Below are positions 52,412-59,483 of a DNA stretch of 59,483 nucleotides, in pieces. Position 1 is the first letter of the stretch; the number at the start of each line of letters is the position of its first letter. The notes under the pieces are model-generated. The model had not been told where the DNA came from, made no database searches, and saw only the letters and a program-made list of their open reading frames with translations. The position numbers and the translations under genes were made by a program. Origin of the DNA: Bdellovibrionales bacterium (lineage in GTDB: Bacteria; Bdellovibrionota; UBA1018; CAIMNF01); NCBI GenBank assembly GCA_040379745.1, contig JBEIKL010000001.1, forward strand, positions 1 to 59,483, read 5' to 3'.

Positions 52412-53496
52412 TTCGACTTTTTGCCCTGATGAGTTTGGTTTTTTCCGTACTTCAGGCCCCGTCGGTCGATGCAAGGGAGCAGGGTACGAGCTTGGTCCGT
52501 CAAGCGCGATCGAAGGCGATGGGTGGTATCGGGGTCGGAATGGCCGATGATGATTTCGCCATGTTCAATAATCCAGCAGGTCTTGCTGGCAACGAATTGA
52601 GTGGATGGCGTCCGCTCTATTTCCAGTTGGAAGGAACCCTGGATGATTATCTTTATTTTGCTGAGCTCACCGACGTCACTTCCGGATTTACACTCGATAA
52701 ATTGAATGCCCTCATGGGCAAGGACATCGGAGGGCGAACCGGTGGAATGACCATGTTCATGCTTCCGCACTTCCATCTCGCTTATCTCGCCGACACGCAG
52801 GTTTCATTCGGTCAGTACAATCCGGTGAACCCCATTTATCAGATCGGTGCCATGATCACTCACGGAGTTCAGTTGGGCGCTGCTTGGAGTTACAAGCGAG
52901 GACGGAGGGCGCCGGATGAATTTCGCTGGGGTTTTGCTGGCAAGTTCCTTTTTCGCAAGGGGGGATTCTATGAGATCGGAACCACGTCGATTCTTCAGTC
53001 CGCCAGTGATCCGCAAACCTATTTCGCTGGTGTGATCGGTGAGTTCGGAACAGCATTGGGTGGCGATCTCGGAGCCCAGTATGTACGCAAGATCGACTAC
53101 GATACCACCTTTTACCTTGGATCATCCCTGCAGGACATCGCCGGGACCCGTTTTCCCGATATCCGCACGCAATCGATTCCGATGGCTTTGAATGCGGGGT
53201 TCGGTTTCAAGCGGAATCTGAATGGTTCCTCATTTTCCATCGGAATGGACTATCGGAACATTCTTCTTTCCACTGCGTTATCGAACAAGCTCCACTTTGG
53301 AGGGGAATTCGGGCTAGGCAAGGTTTTTTTCCTCCGCGCGGGTTTGAATCAGCTTCGAGCGAGTTATGGAGCGGAATTTAATTTCTGGCTCCTCAAGATC
53401 GGTGCAGCCAGTTTCGGTGAGGAGTTGGATTCAGCCTATGGTATCTCCTCAACCCGTAGATTCGTATTCGATATGAGTCTCGGTATTGCAATCTGA
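52408..53496 (+). CDS. outer-membrane beta-barrel protein with a FadL/TraF_2/PorV-like N-terminal motif
   Basis: Signal peptide MIRLFALMSLVFSVLQAPSVDA. The AMGGIGVGMADDDFAMFNNPAGLAG motif and an alternating strand pattern. Confidence 0.5.
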   Translation: MIRLFALMSLVFSVLQAPSVDAREQGTSLVRQARSKAMGGIGVGMADDDFAMFNNPAGLAGNELSGWRPLYFQLEGTLDDYLYFAELTDVTSGFTLDKLNALMGKDIGGRTGGMTMFMLPHFHLAYLADTQVSFGQYNPVNPIYQIGAMITHGVQLGAAWSYKRGRRAPDEFRWGFAGKFLFRKGGFYEIGTTSILQSASDPQTYFAGVIGEFGTALGGDLGAQYVRKIDYDTTFYLGSSLQDIAGTRFPDIRTQSIPMALNAGFGFKRNLNGSSFSIGMDYRNILLSTALSNKLHFGGEFGLGKVFFLRAGLNQLRASYGAEFNFWLLKIGAASFGEELDSAYGISSTRRFVFDMSLGIAI

Positions 53497-54729
53497 TCAA
53501 GGCACAAAGACAACGCATTGGAATCCGGTAGTCCAGGATTCCGTACCACTCGCAAGCAACGGGATCACGGCAATCTGATTGATACCACTGGGACGTGACG
53601 AGGCAATCAACCATCCGGCCGCAGGCACGGTGGTGGGCGAGCATTGCACGATTGAAGCGGTGGTTACGCCACTGCAAGTGGAGGTGGTCTCTGTGCCGGA
53701 GGACTGGCTTGCACTCGCAATCGTGCAACGGATGATTTTCTGGAAAGTCGATCCGCCACTGCCCAGAATGAAGTTACCCGAAAGGGAGGTGGTGTCGGTG
53801 AATGTCTTGTTTCCACCGATGGTCTGTGAGTTGCTCCGGTCCACCATGTCGGATGTGTCGATCATGCTTGCATCGAGTTTACCCGAAGCATTCAGAACGG
53901 GGATCTTCAATGCGTCACCCGCACCGGACGATGCAGTCGTAGTGCTGTACATTCCGCTGATCGTTCCGGTCGCATCCGTTGCCATGACCCTGTTCGCGCT
54001 GTAAGTGGGCAGGAGGGAGGTTGAGAGTTTTCCACCGGTGCTCAGAACCGGAATGGTGCCCACCGTGGTTCCGGTGTTCATCGTGCACGCATTGCCAAGC
54101 CCGGTGATCTGGGTGTTGGCGAAACTGAACGATGAAAAATTCAGCATTGAGTTATCAATGAATCCATTGGTGTTCAAAAGCGCGAATTTTCCCGCATCGC
54201 CGGCACCCGCAGATTGGTCTGTCTTAATGGAGGCGACCAGATTGTCAGCGGTACCGGCGGATTGGGCAATGAATGCGGTCGGAGCTGAATTCAGGGGAAT
54301 ATCCCAAATCGGTTTTTGGGTATCGATCGAACTTTCCGCATAAATCCTGATCTTCAGTGCTCCCGTTGCGCCGGTGGAAAGAAGTGCAGAATCAAGATTC
54401 AAAGCAGAAAAATTCGATACGCATTCACTGGTAGCCGCATTCGCATTCGAAATGAGTGTGATGTTCGTCCCCGTTCCGCTGATCCGGTAATTCATCATCC
54501 CATTCGTGATCGGCACTCCGGAATGCCGTTGTGCCCAGATGCAGTTATTGTCTTTGAAAATCGCAAACACGAAATCACCGGAAGTCGCAGAAACGGGCGA
54601 ATTGTTGGAAAGCTTCAAGAAGGATTGAATGTTGAATCCATCGATGGACGGCGGTGCCGCCAGTGCCGTCTTTCCACAGAGCATCAGGGCAAACATCAGA
54701 ATGCGAATGACAAAGGGAGTGGTTTTCAT
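53497..54729 (-). CDS. secreted phage-tail-fibre-like protein with a Cys-containing C-terminal domain
   Basis: I chose the ATG at 54729 (MKTTPFVIRILMFALMLCGKTALA). Three fibre-type repeats are AGDAGKFALLNTNGFIDNSMLNF, TVGTIPVLSTGGKLSTSLLPT and AGDALKIPVLNASGKLDASMIDT. The SNSQTIGGNKTFTDTTSLSGNF motif follows, then a 4-Cys C-terminal ~90 aa. Confidence 0.5.
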   Translation of the reverse strand: MKTTPFVIRILMFALMLCGKTALAAPPSIDGFNIQSFLKLSNNSPVSATSGDFVFAIFKDNNCIWAQRHSGVPITNGMMNYRISGTGTNITLISNANAATSECVSNFSALNLDSALLSTGATGALKIRIYAESSIDTQKPIWDIPLNSAPTAFIAQSAGTADNLVASIKTDQSAGAGDAGKFALLNTNGFIDNSMLNFSSFSFANTQITGLGNACTMNTGTTVGTIPVLSTGGKLSTSLLPTYSANRVMATDATGTISGMYSTTTASSGAGDALKIPVLNASGKLDASMIDTSDMVDRSNSQTIGGNKTFTDTTSLSGNFILGSGGSTFQKIIRCTIASASQSSGTETTSTCSGVTTASIVQCSPTTVPAAGWLIASSRPSGINQIAVIPLLASGTESWTTGFQCVVFVP

Positions 54730-54736
54730 TCGTGCC

Positions 54737-55630
54737 TCACCATTCTCCGATCGTGGCGGCTCCACCCACTACATGCTTGATGTTGGAATGGGTGTGAGAA
54801 CCGGAAAGGTAACTGGCACTGGACTGGATCACGATGCTTCCGCTGGTGACCGTTGAGCTGCCGATTTCCTGGATGGCCAGAGGAACCACCACATCCGTTC
54901 TGGATTCGATGGTCATGGTGTTTGAGGTGGAATTTCCGGCTCCATCGTAAGCGGTAAAGTTCAGATTCATCACGGAGTTGTTGGTGACCGTGGCATTGAA
55001 CAGGAATGAGGAGTGAATGCCATCCTCATCCGTGCGCAAGACGAGATTCTGAAGATTCGGGCCGGTAAGTTTTTTCACATCCCGCTTCACGCGCCCTTTG
55101 ATCTGGATCTGGGAGGTGGAATCGGTGATGAGGTATTGGTTCCCGGTGGTCGGCAAAAGAAAGGTCGGCTGATCTGGAACGGTGATGTCGTAGACGATAT
55201 TTTTCGTCATCGAGCTCATTCCACTGATCGCTTGTCCAGCTTGGGAGAGCGGCGTAAAGATCACCTGGTGGTCGGCTTCATCGGTAAAGGTCTTGTCCCA
55301 AGTGAACGAGCTATTTAAGCAGTTTATGGTTTCGGTGGAATTGGCGGAAGAGGATTGGATCGCAACGCTGACCTGTTTGACCGTTCCTCCGCAAAATCCG
55401 GTGATCCGGAACTGGCTGAAGCGGGTATAGTAGGTTCCAGAATAAATCTCTGGATTGAGGTTGGTACCAGGTCCCGTTTTGAACGTCTTCAAGGTCAGCT
55501 CATCGCTGTTGGTCGTACTTTTGACAGAATTGGATGAGGATGTGCCGGAGCCTCCCTTGGTGCAGGCACTCAAGGTAAGGGGCAGGAGCAGGATCCAAAA
55601 TCCATGTCGGAGAGCAAAAAACCGCCACAT
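54737..55630 (-). CDS. hypothetical lipoprotein, Ser/Thr-rich and probably built of Ig-like beta domains
   Basis: Lipobox LPLTLSAC and a beta-rich T/S/N composition. The stop lies 7 nt upstream of the fibre-like gene start. Confidence 0.55.
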   Translation of the reverse strand: MWRFFALRHGFWILLLPLTLSACTKGGSGTSSSNSVKSTTNSDELTLKTFKTGPGTNLNPEIYSGTYYTRFSQFRITGFCGGTVKQVSVAIQSSSANSTETINCLNSSFTWDKTFTDEADHQVIFTPLSQAGQAISGMSSMTKNIVYDITVPDQPTFLLPTTGNQYLITDSTSQIQIKGRVKRDVKKLTGPNLQNLVLRTDEDGIHSSFLFNATVTNNSVMNLNFTAYDGAGNSTSNTMTIESRTDVVVPLAIQEIGSSTVTSGSIVIQSSASYLSGSHTHSNIKHVVGGAATIGEW

Positions 55631-55666
55631 GTTAATAGTTTATCGGTTTTGTCAGGCTTTTGCTAA

Positions 55667-55694
55667 ATGATAAATATTTTTTGAATAATATCAA
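55667..55694 (-). promoter_or_regulatory. sigma-70-type promoter, TTGATA-16 nt-TATCAT, for the lipoprotein/fibre operon
   Basis: The minus strand reads TTGATAttattcaaaaaatattTATCAT, about 37 nt upstream of the ATG at 55630. Confidence 0.3.
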
Positions 55695-55698
55695 ACAA

Positions 55699-55726
55699 AT
55701 AGGCTGAGTATTTCTACCCAGCCTAT
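55699..55726 (-). terminator. intrinsic terminator after the POT transporter gene
   Basis: ATAGGCTG-(12 nt loop)-CAGCCTAT, an 8-bp stem 28 nt after the stop. On the minus strand it is followed by the T-rich TTGTTTGATATTATT. Confidence 0.45.
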
Positions 55727-55753
55727 TGAATTTGAACAATGGTTTGGATTGAA

Positions 55754-57280
55754 TCAGGCGTCCCCGGTCACCTTTTTCAGACGTTTTTCCATGGCGAGGA
55801 AGAAAATCCCCACAAGAACGCCCATACCGGCAAGAATCAGGAAGAACATGTCTTTCGGCATTTTTTCGTAGAAGGTGCCGATGTACCCACCAAGGTAATT
55901 TCCAAAGAACGCAGACATCAGCCAGATCCCCATCATCATGGAGATCATGCGAGGTGGAGCAACTTTGGTTACAAAGGAAAGTCCGATTGGAGAAAGATAA
56001 AGCTCACCGATCGTGGTGATCAATGTTGAGTACACCAGCCACATCAGGCTTGCTTTCTCCGGTCCATCTCCCACAACTTTTGCAGCGGCAATCATCACAA
56101 TGAAGGATGCGCCACATAGAATGCTACCCAAGCCCATTTTACGGATGGATGTCGATGTATGTCCTTTTCTTGCTCGATAGCTCCAAAACATATCGAGGAG
56201 TGGGGCAAGCATGAAGATCATGGCCGGGTTGAAAGACTGGAACCAAGTGGAAGGAATTGCCGTACCGAAGAATACCCAGTCAGTTTTATCATCAGCCCAA
56301 AGTTGAAGAGTATTACCCTGTTGTTCGTACACCGCCCAGAACATGACTGTTGCGATACAGACGACCACCAAAGCGACGACGCGATCCTTATCCTCGCTAT
56401 TCAGGCGTGAAATGGCATAAACCGCTCCCGCAACCAGGATCAAAATCAGAATCAGTTTGTAAACCGCTGGAATGATCAGAATCACAAAAAACGCAACGGC
56501 AATGGCAAGAAACGAAAGGAAAACCTTGGAAGCATAAAGTCCACCCAGTGATTCTGAGGGCCTTCCTTCGAGTTTGCACTTCTGTTCCTTATCGAGAGGC
56601 AAGAGGTGTCTGCCGAAATGATAGACTCCCAATCCAAGCAACATTCCGATACCGGCTGCACCAAAACCATAGTGCCATCCATAAATCTGTCCAAGGGTTC
56701 CGCAAACCAAAGGGGAGAAAAATCCACCCAGGTTGATCCCCATGTAGAAAATAGTGAACGCACCGTCTCGACGCTGATCGCCTGGGGCGTAAAGTTCTCC
56801 CACCTGAGTGGAGATGTTCGGCTTGAACGCTCCATTCCCCAATACGAGGAACATCAAGGCAATCAAGAAGAACTGTTCGAACGCCATCAAGAAGTGACCG
56901 ATCGCCATGAGTGCACCACCCACGTAAACGGTTTTACGCTGTCCCCAAACCTTGTCTGCAATCATTCCACCGAAGAAAGGGGAGAGATACACAAACCCAG
57001 TGTAGAGCCCATAGAGTTGTGAAGCCAATGGCTGGGACTCCAATGGTCCGAAGCCGGTTTCCAACAAGTGCTTGAGTGCATTGAATCCGAAAACGGAATT
57101 CGCTTTTTCCGGATCCTTGATCAGGTAGGAAACCATATAGAGCGTCAGAAGAGCTCTCATTCCATAGTAAGAGAATCTCTCCCACATTTCCGTGAAGAAA
57201 AGAACGAACAATCCTGCCGGATGTCCGAAGTAAGTTTTCTGTTTTGCCGGTTCGATATGGCTGCTCATGACATTCCCCAA
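55754..57280 (-). CDS. proton-dependent oligopeptide transporter (POT/PTR2 family)
   Basis: PTR2 signature FTEMWERFSYYGMRALLTLYM. 508 aa with about 14 TM segments. Confidence 0.92.
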   Translation of the reverse strand: MGNVMSSHIEPAKQKTYFGHPAGLFVLFFTEMWERFSYYGMRALLTLYMVSYLIKDPEKANSVFGFNALKHLLETGFGPLESQPLASQLYGLYTGFVYLSPFFGGMIADKVWGQRKTVYVGGALMAIGHFLMAFEQFFLIALMFLVLGNGAFKPNISTQVGELYAPGDQRRDGAFTIFYMGINLGGFFSPLVCGTLGQIYGWHYGFGAAGIGMLLGLGVYHFGRHLLPLDKEQKCKLEGRPSESLGGLYASKVFLSFLAIAVAFFVILIIPAVYKLILILILVAGAVYAISRLNSEDKDRVVALVVVCIATVMFWAVYEQQGNTLQLWADDKTDWVFFGTAIPSTWFQSFNPAMIFMLAPLLDMFWSYRARKGHTSTSIRKMGLGSILCGASFIVMIAAAKVVGDGPEKASLMWLVYSTLITTIGELYLSPIGLSFVTKVAPPRMISMMMGIWLMSAFFGNYLGGYIGTFYEKMPKDMFFLILAGMGVLVGIFFLAMEKRLKKVTGDA

Positions 57281-57348
57281 TCAATAGGTTTAAGCAAAAA
57301 GTTGATCACACCGTTTTAAGCGAAACTGATGCCCATTGTCGAGCGAAA

Positions 57349-58257
57349 TTAATGAATAATCGCCCGACTCATGAAAAAGAATCCTACGAGGAAAAATGAA
57401 AATGCGATCACGAGGTACCGATTCGGAAGTCGTCGTTCCCGGACGTGTTCGATGATCGAAACCCAGATCGGTCCCGTGATGGAAATGGCTGTCAGGCTCG
57501 CAATATGCGCTGTTTTCAATGCCTTGAGAAAGAGGGTCAGCGCTACAAATGTTCCCAAAAGGCATGCTCCGATCAGCTGGATGCGATCGTTTTTCTTCAG
57601 CCGGGTCAGATCACCGTAAATCATATTCGTTGAAGAAGGTTTCAGTAAATTGAATGCGATCACTGCTCCCAGTGCCCGGGTCGCATTCGCCTCGAAGGAT
57701 CCGGTGTCAGGTGAACTTTCGTAAGCCTGTCGTGAAAACACGATCCCCAGGGCATCGAATCCGATTCCGACGAAGGCCAGGCCGAAGTTCTTCATGTCCC
57801 ATTTTCCCAGAGTCCTGTTTCGTTCCAGAACAAAGGTGAATACGCAGGCGATCATGCAGGCGATGGCGATGATTCGCATGGTTCCGAGGCTTTGCCCCAG
57901 AAAAATGAAGCCATAAACTCCCAACAAAAACGGCTGAAAAGAATACAGAACCAAGGTTCTTGTGGCTCCTAAGTTCGCAAATCCACGAAAAAGAAACCAA
58001 TCCCCCAGGAACAAGCCCAGGATCCCGCTGGCGAAGAAAAAACTGCTGCTTCGGAGATTCAAATGAAAGCCCTCTTCGAAAAGCAGAAATCCAATCAGGA
58101 AGCCGATCAGCGCAATCGTAACCTTCAGTTGATTCAACCAGCTTGCGCCGAAGCGGCTCGAATACTGGGAAAACTTCACGCTTGCAGTTCCAAAACAGAG
58201 GTTTGAAGTGATTGCGAGGAAGTAGGGAGTCAGTGAGGTCCAGTCGGTGGTTTCCAT
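57349..58257 (-). CDS. EamA/DMT-family transporter
   Basis: 302 aa with about 10 TM segments in two EamA-like halves. Confidence 0.8.
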   Translation of the reverse strand: METTDWTSLTPYFLAITSNLCFGTASVKFSQYSSRFGASWLNQLKVTIALIGFLIGFLLFEEGFHLNLRSSSFFFASGILGLFLGDWFLFRGFANLGATRTLVLYSFQPFLLGVYGFIFLGQSLGTMRIIAIACMIACVFTFVLERNRTLGKWDMKNFGLAFVGIGFDALGIVFSRQAYESSPDTGSFEANATRALGAVIAFNLLKPSSTNMIYGDLTRLKKNDRIQLIGACLLGTFVALTLFLKALKTAHIASLTAISITGPIWVSIIEHVRERRLPNRYLVIAFSFFLVGFFFMSRAIIH

Positions 58258-58348
58258 GTTTCAGTCTTTCCGAAACAAGCCATTCTTCCGCGAAAACGGA
58301 TCACCCATCTTCAGAAGTGCGCTTCTTTCCCTGTGATCAGCCGATACC

Positions 58349-59483
58349 CTACATTTTTTCCGGTTTAGGGATGCCCAGGATCTCCAGACCCTTGCTCAGG
58401 ACTTTCTGAGTTGCCAACACCAACGCCAGTCGCGACTCGGTCAATTCCGGTTGATCCGGGTTGCTGACCTTGCATTCGCGATAGAACAATCCGAAGTCCT
58501 TGGCGAGATCGATGAGATAAGTTGCCAGTTGGCTCGGCTTACGCTGCTCCAGTGTCCGTTCCAGCGCACTCGGGAATCTACCCAGAGACTTCATCAGGAA
58601 GATCTCTTCTCTGCTGTTGCAAAGTTTTGCAATGGATTCACCGTTGAACTTAGGGGTTTTTCCAGTATCCTTTTCCGTTTTTTTCAAGATGCTCAGACAA
58701 CGGGTGTGGGCATACTGAAGGTAAGGGCCTGTTTCTCCCTCGAAAGAAATCACGCGATCCACATCAAAGTCCAGGTCCTTCGTCGGATCCGTGCTCAGAT
58801 CGGCGAATACGATCGCACCGATGGCTACCTGGTCGGCGATCGTCTTGATTTCCTCTTCGGTGAGTTTGCGTTCTTCGTTCTCGTTTGCAGATGCCCGCTC
58901 ACGCATCAATTTCAATGCTTTTTCGATGCACATTTCATTCACCTCTTCGAGAGTGATGAAATTTCCCTTGCGGGTCGACATCTTCGCATCCTTGAATCGG
59001 TAAAGACCTGTCGGAAGGTGTTCGCAGGTTTTCTCCCATGGCAGATTCATCGCTCGCAACACGCTGAACACCTGTTCAAAGTGCAACTGCTGCTCCTTGC
59101 CCACGATGTAAGTCATGCGGTCGAAATCCAGTTTCTGATGGCGATAAACTGCCGCCGCCACATCCCGGGTCGCGTAAATCGACGAGCCGTCGCTTTTTTC
59201 CAGGATGCATGGGGTGATCTCTTTCCCCTCACGGTTGTGAGCGGGGACAATCCATGCGCCTTGATCCTGAATCAACACTTTCTTGGCTTTCAGATCGGCA
59301 AGAAGCGGCTTCAATTGATCTTCATAAAAGGATTCGCCCCAGTAGTGATCGAATTGCACCTGGTAACGTTCATAAGTCTTGAGAAACTCCTTCAAGGAAA
59401 TGTCCACGCATTTTTTCCAGATCGCGCGCATTTCCGGATCGCCGGATTCGAGTTTCCGGAATGCCTCTTGTCCTGCAGGCTCA
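58349..59483 (-). CDS. argS: arginyl-tRNA synthetase, C-terminal part; the 5' end lies outside the window
   Basis: The ORF stays open to the window edge, so the M at 59431 is internal. The KMSKS variant KMSTRKGNF is present. The DALR anticodon-binding domain contains RKPSQLATYLIDLAKDF, and the protein ends in M. Confidence 0.93.
   Translation of the reverse strand, partial: EPAGQEAFRKLESGDPEMRAIWKKCVDISLKEFLKTYERYQVQFDHYWGESFYEDQLKPLLADLKAKKVLIQDQGAWIVPAHNREGKEITPCILEKSDGSSIYATRDVAAAVYRHQKLDFDRMTYIVGKEQQLHFEQVFSVLRAMNLPWEKTCEHLPTGLYRFKDAKMSTRKGNFITLEEVNEMCIEKALKLMRERASANENEERKLTEEEIKTIADQVAIGAIVFADLSTDPTKDLDFDVDRVISFEGETGPYLQYAHTRCLSILKKTEKDTGKTPKFNGESIAKLCNSREEIFLMKSLGRFPSALERTLEQRKPSQLATYLIDLAKDFGLFYRECKVSNPDQPELTESRLALVLATQKVLSKGLEILGIPKPEKM

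Overview
This is a 59.5-kb chromosomal window of mid-range GC from a Gram-negative bacterium. The gene content is compatible with a Bdellovibrio-like organism: system II cytochrome c biogenesis, two sigma-54 enhancer-binding proteins, many secreted hydrolase-like proteins and Lys-rich protein tails. That assignment is a guess, because no database search was possible.

I call about 55 protein genes and one tRNA-Leu(CAA). I saw no rRNA, CRISPR array, transposase or integrase.

The housekeeping backbone is sucCD-ndk, bcp, resB-ccsA, murB, proBA, fbaA, DUF47-pit, ldcA, engB, accA, yicC-gmk-spoT-rlu, rsmD-coaD-aminotransferase, a POT transporter, an EamA transporter and argS.

Five blocks have no assignable function and are my best candidates for something new:
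1. 11.7-15.2 kb: a tightly coupled operon behind a near-consensus Fur box and an apparently leaderless promoter. It encodes ApbE, a porin, an FMN-binding protein and a His-rich 4-TM protein.
2. 7.9-10.75 kb: a tandem pair of secreted, very divergent adenosine-deaminase-like paralogues.
3. 34.9-42.3 kb: a beta-barrel plus a 1165-aa lipoprotein that looks like an array of EF-hand-derived modules. It is divergent from an orphan AddB-like Fe-S nuclease, with twin perfect palindromes in the 52-nt gap between them.
4. 45.3-48.6 kb: a cytoplasmic orphan pair of 899 aa and 192 aa.
5. 51.4-55.6 kb: a lipoprotein and FadL/TraF-like barrel, convergent with a lipoprotein and tail-fibre-like protein pair.

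Separately, an 8-nt tandem repeat (GGAGGCAA, 10.6 copies) reads as a string of Shine-Dalgarno motifs on one strand and anti-SD motifs on the other.

All functional calls rest on motif recognition by eye in the supplied translations. Nothing was searched or computed.
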